NCBI GenBank assembly: GCA_013390905.1
Contig: JACATG010000005.1
Coordinates: 1-32,000 of the forward strand
Length of the DNA: 32,000 nt
Direction: 5' to 3'
Origin: Marine Group I thaumarchaeote
Lineage (GTDB): Archaea > Thermoproteota > Nitrososphaeria > Nitrososphaerales > Nitrosopumilaceae
Of the stretch, positions 24,253-32,000 are shown in pieces. The notes under the pieces were generated by a model that worked only from the letters and a program-made list of their open reading frames with translations, had not been told where the DNA came from and searched no databases. The position numbers were made by a program, and so were the translations under genes. Numbering within the stretch: position 1 is the first letter of the stretch; each line of letters starts with the position of its first letter.

Positions 24253-24438
24253 ATGTCATCAGAAAAAAATAAGGACAATCTGCGAATATCCCCTAATGGT
24301 ACTAACATTCCAGGAACTTACAGAAAATGTGAAGAGGATAATTGCAGTAGATTGATTCCATGTCCTCATATTCGATGTCAGGAACACCGAATAGATATGG
24401 CAATTAAGGACTGGGTTGTATCACATATTGAGCCATGA
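24253..24438 (+). CDS. small Cys-rich protein (61 aa, element cargo)
   Basis: The ORF-track protein contains CEEDNCSRLIPCPHIRCQEH (Cx4C ... CxHxxCxxH). It starts 1 nt after the preceding stop and overlaps the next ORF (ATGA). Confidence 0.5.
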   Translation: MSSEKNKDNLRISPNGTNIPGTYRKCEEDNCSRLIPCPHIRCQEHRIDMAIKDWVVSHIEP

Positions 24439-24683
24439 CAGAAATTTCTAAAATTAAACTATCTGAAGATGATTTTGTTTTGGTTGGAATGAATTATAAC
24501 TATTACATGATTCCCAGATTGGCACATACTGAAGATAATCTTGAAGGTCTAAAACAACAAATCCTCAAGAATCAAAAAATGATTGAGGAATTACGGACAA
24601 TATGGAATGAAGGAGAGCATGGCATGTTTGCAGATGATGTTGCAGGGGTAATGGAGAAATATTTTGGTAAAAGAACAGAATAG
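24435..24683 (+). CDS. hypothetical protein (element cargo)
   Basis: 82-aa ORF with a helical, acidic composition. ATGA overlap with the upstream ORF. Confidence 0.5.
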   Translation: MTEISKIKLSEDDFVLVGMNYNYYMIPRLAHTEDNLEGLKQQILKNQKMIEELRTIWNEGEHGMFADDVAGVMEKYFGKRTE

Positions 24684-24834
24684 CAAACCAAGAGTTAGAA
24701 AAGATATAGGGTTCAAGACAGGAGTAATCTTGCTTAATACATGTACAAATTGTGGTAGTGAATTCAAACCAATAAACAGCATGATATATGAAACATTATG
24801 CGATTTATGCCAGAAAAAAACAAAATCTAATTGA
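24664..24834 (+). CDS. small zinc-ribbon protein (56 aa, element cargo; TTG start inferred)
   Basis: Open frame from 24652 with a TTG at 24664. Sequence ...KPRVRKDIGFKTGVILLNTCTNCGSEFKPINSMIYETLCDLCQKKTKSN (CxxC ... CxxC). It ends 38 nt before the right TIR. Confidence 0.35.
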   Translation: MVKEQNSKPRVRKDIGFKTGVILLNTCTNCGSEFKPINSMIYETLCDLCQKKTKSN

Positions 24835-24872
24835 AAAGAATAATGTGCATGATTTTTGATACAAACTGTTAA

Positions 24873-24947
24873 TCAACGAATTAACTTTACATTATAACGT
24901 GGATTAGTAGGACTTTTCATTCGTGAAAAGGGGGCGTTCTATTTTTA
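24873..24947. repeat. right terminal inverted repeat (75 bp)
   Basis: Reverse complement of 21704-21777, with GGGGG (24930-24934) against CCCC (21717-21720). Its last bases supply part of the aEF-2 TAA stop codon. Confidence 0.92.
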
Positions 24948-27137
24948 ATCCTTATCGATAAAGTCACTTATGTGTGGAGGATCTGGAGCCAATCCTTTTC
25001 TCTTTCTAATTTCAGATATTGCTTCTTGAAACAAGGATTTTGGAACTTCGGTCCATGCCTTAAATGATGTATTCCATGTTGCACGTCCTGCAGTTTGACC
25101 TCTCATCGCTTCAGACAAAGTGAATGTCTCAGAAGCTGGAATTTCACCTATAACAATACTTGCTGCACCTTTTTGTGACATGTCAAGGACTTTGCCACGT
25201 CTGCCATTAATGACAGTTGAAACGTTTCCAACCAAGTCAGTTGGAACCCGAACCTCAATTGCTAAAGTTGGCTCTAAAACAGTGGTGCCTGCAGTTAACA
25301 ATGCACCCATACATGCTCGACGAGAAGCTGGACCCAGTTGAGATAAGCCTCGGTGGGCAGTATCTTCGTGTGGAACAAAGTGAGTAAAGATAAACTTGCA
25401 ACCCCTCATCTGTTCTCTGCATAGAGGACCTTCTTTCATTACATCCTCAAAACCCGTATTAATAGAGTCAGTTGATTCTTGGACAAACTGGACACCTTTT
25501 GTTCCGTTAATCAAAATATTTCCACGTGAATCAAGTTTCATTATTCTCTTGATTGTATCTGTATCCCATCCTACCTCTTTTAGCTTGTCTGCAACAAACT
25601 TCTTGTCTTTCATATCGCTGATTTCACCAGTTCTAAGCATGTCTGCTACCTCTGGTTCTAGTGGCTCTACTTTCATGAAGATCTTGTTGTGTCTATTAGG
25701 AGACTTTGACATTATTGGTTTACATGAACCCGTTACAGTCTCTCTATAGTTAATCAGAGGTTCAGATGTTATAATCTCAAGTTTAGCATCTTGTATACGA
25801 TGAACAGCAACATCAAGATGTAACACACCCATTCCTGCAATTATAGTTTCCCCACTTTCTGGATCAATTTTTACGATAAGGTTAGGATCTTCAATTGTAA
25901 GTTGTTTTAGAAAGTCAACTAGTTTAGGTAAATCTTTAGGATGTTTTGGTTCAATTGCAATTTGAACTACTGGTTCTGAAACATATTTTACCCCTTCAAA
26001 CATTTGTATGCCTTTGATCGAAGATAGCGTATTTCCTGCTCTGCATTCAGTTAATCCTAATAATGCTGGTATGTTTCCTGCTCCAAGTTCTCCTACTTGT
26101 TCTCTTATGTTTCCCATGAAAAAGTTTACAGATTGAATTCTTCCTTCTCTTTTTTCATCAATTATGTAAATAGTTTGTCCATCTTTGACTATACCAGAAA
26201 ATAATCTACCAATTGCAACAGGTCCTGCGGCAGGATCTAATACCATATTTACAACCATCATAATTGTCGGACCATCATCACTACAAGCAAGTAATGCCTT
26301 TCCAATATCAGAATCTAAGTCGCCTTTCCAAATTTTTGGGATTCTGTATTTAACTGCTACATGAGGTGGAGGGTGATGTTTTACAACCATGCCAAGTATA
26401 GCCTCTGCCAAAGGAGCTTTTTCTACAAGGTCTGAAACATTATCATTTTGATAAGCATCAATTACATCTTTGAATGTAAGTCCTTTCTCTTTCATCGAGT
26501 CAACATTGATTGCCCATCTATCCTTTGCAGAACCAAATGTAACACTTGAATCCTGAATCGACACTTTCCATTTTTCTTTGTATTCAGGCTCTCCATACGT
26601 TTCAATTAGTTGGTTAAAGTTTGAAACAACATCTGCTAGTTGTTGCTGCATCTTCTCAGGAGTCAATCTGAGTTCTTTGATAAGTCTATCAACTTTGTTG
26701 ATAAATAAAACTGGCTTTACTCTTTCTTCAAGTGCCATCCTAGTTACAGTCTCAGTCTGGGTCATGATGCCTTCTACCGCATCACATACTACGACTGCAC
26801 CGTCAATTGCTCTAAGACTGCGAATTACCCTTCCACTAAAGTCTACATGCCCAGGAGTATCAATCATGTTAATGACGTATTCTTTGTCTTTTTGAGTAAA
26901 GTGTAAAGTAACATTTGCCTGATAAATTGTAATCCCTCTTGCTTGTTCCTCTTTATCAAAGTCCATCGCCAAGGCCTTGCCGGCAGCAGATGGAGCAATA
27001 ATGCCAGAGTATGCCAAGAGACTATCACTCATAGTAGTCTTTCCGTGGTCAACGTGAGCAATAACACCAAAGTTACGGATCTGATCCTTGTTCTTGATAA
27101 TTTTGAGAACCTCCTCTGTTGACTTGTATTTTACCAT
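24945..27137 (-). CDS. fusA: translation elongation factor 2 (aEF-2)
   Basis: 730 aa. GTPase motifs AHVDHGKTT, DTPGHVDF and NKVDR. Diphthamide-loop region HEDTAHRG. Full five-domain length. Confidence 0.97.
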   Translation of the reverse strand: MVKYKSTEEVLKIIKNKDQIRNFGVIAHVDHGKTTMSDSLLAYSGIIAPSAAGKALAMDFDKEEQARGITIYQANVTLHFTQKDKEYVINMIDTPGHVDFSGRVIRSLRAIDGAVVVCDAVEGIMTQTETVTRMALEERVKPVLFINKVDRLIKELRLTPEKMQQQLADVVSNFNQLIETYGEPEYKEKWKVSIQDSSVTFGSAKDRWAINVDSMKEKGLTFKDVIDAYQNDNVSDLVEKAPLAEAILGMVVKHHPPPHVAVKYRIPKIWKGDLDSDIGKALLACSDDGPTIMMVVNMVLDPAAGPVAIGRLFSGIVKDGQTIYIIDEKREGRIQSVNFFMGNIREQVGELGAGNIPALLGLTECRAGNTLSSIKGIQMFEGVKYVSEPVVQIAIEPKHPKDLPKLVDFLKQLTIEDPNLIVKIDPESGETIIAGMGVLHLDVAVHRIQDAKLEIITSEPLINYRETVTGSCKPIMSKSPNRHNKIFMKVEPLEPEVADMLRTGEISDMKDKKFVADKLKEVGWDTDTIKRIMKLDSRGNILINGTKGVQFVQESTDSINTGFEDVMKEGPLCREQMRGCKFIFTHFVPHEDTAHRGLSQLGPASRRACMGALLTAGTTVLEPTLAIEVRVPTDLVGNVSTVINGRRGKVLDMSQKGAASIVIGEIPASETFTLSEAMRGQTAGRATWNTSFKAWTEVPKSLFQEAISEIRKRKGLAPDPPHISDFIDKD
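24946..24962. repeat. right copy of the target-site duplication (taatccttatcgataaa)
   Basis: Identical to 21691-21707. It lies within the 3-prime end of the aEF-2 CDS. Confidence 0.85.
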
Positions 27138-27160
27138 ATCGGCAAACCCTAGGAATTAGC

Positions 27161-27167
27161 TATTAAA
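27161..27167 (-). promoter_or_regulatory. candidate TATA box for the aEF-2 gene
   Basis: The reverse strand reads tttaata, with its proximal end 23 nt upstream of the ATG at 27137. Confidence 0.3.
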
Positions 27168-27185
27168 CCTTAGCCTAATAAAAGA

Positions 27186-28133
27186 TCAATAGATCATTTG
27201 GTTGCTGACATTTCTAATCTTTTTTGCTGTAACAAAATGACAGTCTTTTTTTCTTTTCTTTTTTGCCTCAAAAAGCGCAAGCAGTTGAGAAAAAAATACA
27301 CAGTATATCATTTGAGAAATCTTTGTGGATGGCATGCTAGGATGAATTACATTGATGCCAATTTTCCTGAGGTTTTTTCCAAGCTGTTTATTGTGCGAAT
27401 TTTTTTCCTCAAAAATGATGATAGTATCCCCTTTATGAACTGAAAACAACTCCATATGAGAAAATTGCTCTATTTTACAATAATGAGCATCATGACCTAG
27501 GATCTCATAAAACTTTGCAGCACAGTACATTGCCAATGGAAATGTAAACAGATTTCCAAGAACAAATATTCTCTTTGATACTTTGGATTTTTTTGCATCT
27601 GCCTTTGCCTTTAAAAACAGTTTAGAGTTTTTTGGAATTGTTATCTTCTTTACCAAAGAAATGCATGTCAAAGCACTTTCTAAAAATGAGATGCTTCCAG
27701 CAGTAAAGATTTTACTATTTGGAGCAGTAAGGAGAATAGTTTCATCAGATGCCTTTGCTAGCCTACTTTCAGGCTTTGATGTAATAGCTGTAGATCTCTT
27801 TGCAATCTTTGCAACCTTGATGTTTGTGATTGTGTTTCCAGATATTGAGACAAAGTAGACATGTTTGGATTTGACTAATTGTTTATTCTTGTAAAGGTCT
27901 AATGGATCAATTGCTTTTACCACATCCCCTGAAAATGATTCAGCTAACATTGCAGATGCCAAAGAATCACCACTTCCTGAAAAGATGGTATTTTTTAGCT
28001 GATTATAAGACAGTATTTTTTGTTTTCTAAATGATTTTAAAAAATCTAATTGAAGTTCAATATCTTTTTCATATGCCTCAATTGTATTCATAGCATCAAA
28101 TGATTTTGGACATATATTAGAAAAACTATTCAA
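27186..28133 (-). CDS. SIS (sugar isomerase/phosphosugar-binding) domain protein
   Basis: 315 aa. IFSGSGDSLASAMLAESF and VYFVSISGNTITNIKVAKIAKR ... AITS fit the SIS-domain pattern G.G.S ... S.SG.T. Confidence 0.65.
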   Translation of the reverse strand: MNSFSNICPKSFDAMNTIEAYEKDIELQLDFLKSFRKQKILSYNQLKNTIFSGSGDSLASAMLAESFSGDVVKAIDPLDLYKNKQLVKSKHVYFVSISGNTITNIKVAKIAKRSTAITSKPESRLAKASDETILLTAPNSKIFTAGSISFLESALTCISLVKKITIPKNSKLFLKAKADAKKSKVSKRIFVLGNLFTFPLAMYCAAKFYEILGHDAHYCKIEQFSHMELFSVHKGDTIIIFEEKNSHNKQLGKNLRKIGINVIHPSMPSTKISQMIYCVFFSQLLALFEAKKKRKKDCHFVTAKKIRNVSNQMIY

Positions 28134-28174
28134 ACCAAGTTTTGGTTTTTATTACGACCGTTCAGCAAACAGTC

Positions 28175-29002
28175 ATGGAAATTTCTGTGGGCCACACTCC
28201 AGATTCAGATGACGCATTCATGTTTTATGGAATGTTCACAGATAAGATTTCATCTCCAGACTTTACGGTGAGTCCTGTTATTGAAGACATTGAGAAGTTA
28301 AACCGTAAGGCAATTAATCCGCAGCTCGATGTAACCGCGGTTTCAGTTCATGCATGTGCATATATTCCAGGATACACAATATTGAGAAGCGGCGGAAGTT
28401 TTGGAATCGGTTATGGCCCTATTATTACTGCAAAACACCAGATGTCAATTGACGAGATAAAAGAATGTAAAATTGCAATTCCAGGAAAAATGACATCTGC
28501 ATTCTTACTGCTCCAATTGATGATTGGTAAATTTGATTATGTAGAGATGAATTTCAGTAATATTCCCAAAGCTGTCAAAAGTGGCGAGGTTGATCTGGGA
28601 CTCGTAATTCATGAGACACAGTTATCATATGAGCAAGAAGGAAATGTCAAGATTTTAGATATTGGAGAATGGTGGGACAAGACAACAAATGGGCTGCCAG
28701 TACCACTTGGAATCAATGTAATGAAAACTGATCTAGGAATGGACACAATCTGTAAATTTGACAAGTATCTTCAATCATCAATAGAATTTGGGTTAGAACA
28801 TATGGATGATGCACTAGACTATGCAATGCAGTATTCCAGAGGAAAACCACGTGATTTAATTAAAAAATTTGTAAAAATGTATGTCAACCAGGTGACTGTT
28901 AACATGGGCAATTCTGGTGAGACATCAATTAGGAAACTCTTTGAGATGGCAAAAAACAAGAATCTAGTCCCCAACTTTGAGATTAGTATTGCCACCAAGT
29001 AA
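28175..29002 (+). CDS. MqnA/MqnD-family menaquinone (futalosine pathway) biosynthesis protein
   Basis: An internal ATG of ORF 28142-29002 gives MEISVGHTPDSDDAFMFYGM ... EDIEKLNRKA ... LDVTAVSVHAY-like ... GSFGIGYGPII ... AIPGKMTSAFLLL. This pattern matches COG2107/MqnD-like periplasmic-binding-fold proteins. Confidence 0.7.
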   Translation: MEISVGHTPDSDDAFMFYGMFTDKISSPDFTVSPVIEDIEKLNRKAINPQLDVTAVSVHACAYIPGYTILRSGGSFGIGYGPIITAKHQMSIDEIKECKIAIPGKMTSAFLLLQLMIGKFDYVEMNFSNIPKAVKSGEVDLGLVIHETQLSYEQEGNVKILDIGEWWDKTTNGLPVPLGINVMKTDLGMDTICKFDKYLQSSIEFGLEHMDDALDYAMQYSRGKPRDLIKKFVKMYVNQVTVNMGNSGETSIRKLFEMAKNKNLVPNFEISIATK

Positions 29003-29028
29003 TTATAGAACAAAAAATTTTACAAATT

Positions 29029-29322
29029 ATGGGGGATGGTATTGGTGGTCCTGTCATAGGAATTCTAACAAATAATGCTTTTCAGCTACTTGTAAGCCAT
29101 GTAAGAAAAGACAACAAAGACGAATATGGTAAGACTGAAAAAATAATCATTGCAAAGATAGATAATCCTGATGATCCACAATATGCAGAAACTACACAAG
29201 AGCAGCTAGAACGTGTACTGAAAGGAAAATTTGTATCGTGTAATGTTCAATACAGAGATTCAAAAACTGATGCGCTTGTTTGTAATATTTTTGTTCAAAA
29301 ACCGCCTGAAGAATTTAACTAA
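29029..29322 (+). CDS. hypothetical protein
   Basis: 97-aa ORF with no motif recognised. Confidence 0.5.
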   Translation: MGDGIGGPVIGILTNNAFQLLVSHVRKDNKDEYGKTEKIIIAKIDNPDDPQYAETTQEQLERVLKGKFVSCNVQYRDSKTDALVCNIFVQKPPEEFN

Positions 29323-29410
29323 TTAATTTATACAACCATTCTTTCAGCTTTATTCTTATATCGATACTGATTAATAGTTGACTCGTATATAATAGGTCGA
29401 CCTAGTAAAA

Positions 29411-29989
29411 ATGAGTCATCATGAGCCTAACTTAGAGATATATGAGCGTGAAAGGATTGTACTTGAGAGTATCAAGAATAACCACGATTTGCATCATAAT
29501 GCACTACTAAAACTAATCGTACCTGAGTTTATGGCAAAAACAACCTTTGAGAAGACAAGAAATTCTTTGCTTGAAAAAGAAATTATTTTCGTGGAGACCA
29601 AAGCTAACATGAAGCTTTATCGTCTCACTAAAAATTATGAACAAAAATCACAACAGCACATTGAGAGAAATACGAACATCTTCTTCCATGATTTAAAATC
29701 ACAAATCAAAAGATTGGAAACTGATTATCCACACAAGGATGTAGATGAGAAGATAACGACGGCAAACTATCTTCTAAGGAATCTATTGCAGACAGACAAT
29801 GGATTTACTGTTTTGGATTCATCAAAAAATCCAAATAAGACGTTGTACAGAGATGAGCATCTGACAATTCAGCAGCTAATTCATCAGGTCTTTGAGACGA
29901 TAAGACACGACAAGGACTTTGAGATAATCTTCCCCTCAATTCTTAGCTATCTGGGATTAATCATGCCAAAAAACTCACTGGAGAAATAA
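29411..29989 (+). CDS. hypothetical protein, possible N-terminal winged-helix domain
   Basis: 192-aa ORF. The N-terminal roughly 75 aa (ERIVLESIKNNHDLHHNALLKLI ... LLEKEIIFVETKANMKLYRLT) resembles a wHTH. Confidence 0.55.
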   Translation: MSHHEPNLEIYERERIVLESIKNNHDLHHNALLKLIVPEFMAKTTFEKTRNSLLEKEIIFVETKANMKLYRLTKNYEQKSQQHIERNTNIFFHDLKSQIKRLETDYPHKDVDEKITTANYLLRNLLQTDNGFTVLDSSKNPNKTLYRDEHLTIQQLIHQVFETIRHDKDFEIIFPSILSYLGLIMPKNSLEK

Positions 29990-30032
29990 TATTTCATCTA
30001 GTTATTTATTCAGGTCTATTTATCACTAATTT

Positions 30033-30272
30033 ATGGGATTATTGTACACTAAATTCTACATGGATTTTGATAAAGAAGAATGGAAACAAATTTCAAATGA
30101 ACCTATAGTTTTTCAAACAATCAAATCTGATGTTAATTTGGAAATAGAAGATACATCCCATAAATCCTATAAACTGCATTTTAAGGAAGGAGGAAAACTC
30201 AATATGTTTAGAGTTACAGGAAGATTCCGTCTTACCTGGAATGATGAAGATATCTATAATTCTATCAAATAA
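30033..30272 (+). CDS. hypothetical protein
   Basis: 79-aa ORF with no motif recognised. Confidence 0.45.
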   Translation: MGLLYTKFYMDFDKEEWKQISNEPIVFQTIKSDVNLEIEDTSHKSYKLHFKEGGKLNMFRVTGRFRLTWNDEDIYNSIK

Positions 30273-30296
30273 TAATGGAATTTTTTAAATAATTTT

Positions 30297-30527
30297 ATGT
30301 CTTTAGAAGACCAAATTAAACAGACTTTGGATGATTTTGAGAACACTACATCAGGCAAGATTCTTGAAATTCTACACAAAATAATGCCTGAATTCAAAAG
30401 TAAACTGATCTCAGAATACCTTCAGGGAAAAATCTACAAGATTTTAGAGGTAAATGATAAGGCTGAAAGGAAGAAACTCTGTAATGCATTAAAACCATAC
30501 TTAGACTGGTATTTACAGGGATTGTAA
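30297..30527 (+). CDS. hypothetical helical protein
   Basis: 76-aa ORF with no motif recognised. Confidence 0.45.
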   Translation: MSLEDQIKQTLDDFENTTSGKILEILHKIMPEFKSKLISEYLQGKIYKILEVNDKAERKKLCNALKPYLDWYLQGL

Positions 30528-30529
30528 AA

Positions 30530-30955
30530 TTATTCTGAATATTGCTTTATTTTTTCTAGTGCTATTTTGATTGTTTTTAGATCATTTTTTGCTTCTGCCA
30601 TGTTTCCAACAAGTTTTACAAAATATTCATGTCCTATGTCATGAGCCTTGTGAATATCTGCTTCATAACATGACAATGCTTTTTCTAAAAATGGGACATC
30701 TTCATTTAACTTACTAACGGATCGAGTATCCCATATATTGTCCTGAATCTTCTGAATAACTTCGTTAATTTTTGGGACTGTTTTCATTGCTTGTTGATTT
30801 AGAATTGGCGCAAACATTCCAGCTGAATCTTTTAGTTCTGGGCTATTGCCAATAGTTCTTAATCTATTTTTGTAATGCCTTAAAGATTTTAGAACTATTT
30901 CATATCCTCCTTCATCTTTAAGATAGATTGCACCAATCCAGATCTTTTCAGTCAT
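30530..30955 (-). CDS. hypothetical protein
   Basis: 141-aa ORF with a globular composition. No motif recognised. Confidence 0.55.
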   Translation of the reverse strand: MTEKIWIGAIYLKDEGGYEIVLKSLRHYKNRLRTIGNSPELKDSAGMFAPILNQQAMKTVPKINEVIQKIQDNIWDTRSVSKLNEDVPFLEKALSCYEADIHKAHDIGHEYFVKLVGNMAEAKNDLKTIKIALEKIKQYSE

Positions 30956-30995
30956 TTTTCAATGCTGGTTTCCCACATTATAATAATTTAGAATT

Positions 30996-31232
30996 TTAGA
31001 AATCATAGTTTTCTTTTATGGGTGGTTCACTTCTATTGAGTAAATGTAGCAAAATTCCTGCCAGAACAACACCCATTCCACTGAGGCCGATAAATGTGCC
31101 CATATTTTTGATAAATCTTAAACCAGGATCTGTTTGACCTAGTTCGATAGAGTAAAAAAACACAAGTCCAATAACAAACATGATTGTTCCTATAATTACA
31201 ACAGGCATCCCTACTTTCATATGAAAACTCAT
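30996..31232 (-). CDS. hypothetical two-TM membrane protein
   Basis: 78 aa with two hydrophobic helices (VVIIGTIMFVIGLVFFY; FIGLSGMGVVLAGILLHLL). Confidence 0.55.
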   Translation of the reverse strand: MSFHMKVGMPVVIIGTIMFVIGLVFFYSIELGQTDPGLRFIKNMGTFIGLSGMGVVLAGILLHLLNRSEPPIKENYDF

Positions 31233-31281
31233 TTTTTCTGATTAATAAATAACAAGAATAAAATTGTATGTCTAGAACTAA

Positions 31282-31899
31282 CTATTTTAGCTTTATTGTA
31301 ATTTCCTCGCCATTTCCAATTGGTGATGTTATAGTACGAAGTTTTGGATTCTTCTTCAGATAGTCTGAGAATTTTTTCATATCTTCTCTAAACTTTTCAG
31401 GATACAGCATATTATCAGTAACAATTACCCCACCAACTGAGACCATTGGAAAAATTAAATCAAAATATTCTATTACACTTTCTTTATCTGCATCAATTAG
31501 TACAAAATCAAAAAAATCCCTATATTTTTGCTGCAAACTCAATTCTGTAAGTATTTGGATCGCTAATCCTTTCTTTATAATGATTGTATCTGTGACTCCT
31601 GCCTTCTGAAAATTTTCTTTTGCTCTTTTAATTTTATTTTGATTTTGTTCAATTGTAATAATTTTACCTGATTGCTCGGAGATGGCTTCTGCACACCAAA
31701 TGGTGGAATATCCTGTTGACATACCTACCTCAAGCATATTTTTTGCATTTTTTAGGCGCAAAATCATGTTGATTAATTCTCCCGTTTCTTTTGTTATTGC
31801 AAGCATTCTATTTTCAGAAGAGATATTGACTTTTTTTGATTTCTCTAGAGTTGATTGTATTTCTAATTCTTCAAGTACCTTGTAGATAGAGTCTATCAT
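31282..31899 (-). CDS. class I SAM-dependent O-methyltransferase (caffeoyl-CoA OMT-like, family 3)
   Basis: 205 aa. SAM motif I LEVGMSTGYSTIW, then FDFVLIDADKESVIEYFDLIFPMVSVGGVIVTDNML, typical of the cation-dependent OMT family. Confidence 0.8.
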   Translation of the reverse strand: MIDSIYKVLEELEIQSTLEKSKKVNISSENRMLAITKETGELINMILRLKNAKNMLEVGMSTGYSTIWCAEAISEQSGKIITIEQNQNKIKRAKENFQKAGVTDTIIIKKGLAIQILTELSLQQKYRDFFDFVLIDADKESVIEYFDLIFPMVSVGGVIVTDNMLYPEKFREDMKKFSDYLKKNPKLRTITSPIGNGEEITIKLK

Positions 31900-32000
31900 A
31901 TGGTCTATGTATTTTTAAAATAATTTAACCATAACTTTACTACTACATTCTTTTGAAACGCTTTCAATGGCTTATATTTACCAAAGAAATTTTTGAATTT

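Larger units (their letters stand above)
21705..24946. mobile_element. TIR- and TSD-bounded insertion at the aEF-2 stop codon; candidate non-autonomous casposon-like element
   Basis: 74/75-bp TIRs, a 13-17-bp TSD and 13 co-directional small ORFs. The largest ORF is 155 aa. No Cas1, PolB, transposase or integrase candidate was found. Confidence 0.75.

Noticed and set aside
21705-24946. Autonomous casposon, IS element or integrase-type island
   Set aside because: I looked for any ORF long enough to be, or with motifs of, Cas1, PolB, a DDE/RNase-H transposase, or a tyrosine/serine recombinase. I checked inside the element and in the whole window and found none. Hence the non-autonomous interpretation.
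21600-25000. tRNA gene as the integration target
   Set aside because: No cloverleaf-capable GC-rich segment is visible near either junction. The duplicated target is unambiguously the aEF-2 3-prime coding end.
25120-26895. ORF-track entries on the + strand inside the aEF-2 gene (25120-25341, 25396-25749, 26578-26895)
   Set aside because: They are antisense shadow ORFs of a highly conserved gene. Their composition is low-complexity and Ser/Thr/Pro-rich, with no motifs.
1-32000. rRNA, tRNA or other structured RNA genes
   Set aside because: I scanned for GC-rich islands typical of structured RNAs in AT-rich archaeal genomes. Only the short hairpin at 1156-1176 and the TIR cores stand out, and neither is compatible with a tRNA or rRNA.

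Overview
AT-rich archaeal chromosome segment. It is most consistent with a marine Nitrosopumilus-like ammonia-oxidising thaumarchaeon. That placement is an inference from TFB, aEF-2, a PAC2 proteasome chaperone, futalosine-pathway genes, secreted-protein motifs typical of this group, and many tiny Cys-rich ORFs; no database search was possible. Recognisable housekeeping genes include an SNF2 helicase, Fe/Mn superoxide dismutase, an FAD-linked oxidase, an Lrp/AsnC regulator, TPR proteins, an Mqn-type radical SAM enzyme, an MqnD-like protein, TFB, aEF-2, a SIS-domain protein and an O-methyltransferase.

Main result: a 3.2-kb insertion (about 21705-24946) lies exactly at the stop codon of the aEF-2 gene. 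It is bounded by 74/75-bp near-perfect terminal inverted repeats and a 13-17-bp direct target duplication made of the last aEF-2 codons. It carries 13 co-directional small ORFs, many of them zinc-finger or zinc-ribbon proteins, plus a truncated MscS-like channel. It has no Cas1, no polymerase, and no transposase or integrase. TIRs, a long target duplication and the aEF-2 3-prime target together match what I recall for thaumarchaeal family-1 casposons, so I read it as a candidate non-autonomous casposon-like element.

Other observations:
- An HNH endonuclease cassette is flanked by 21-bp direct repeats.
- The variable region at about 5.9-10.8 kb contains several disrupted genes.
- Many sub-60-aa metal-binding ORFs are missed by the ORF track.

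All functional calls come from motif recognition by eye and need HMM or BLAST confirmation.
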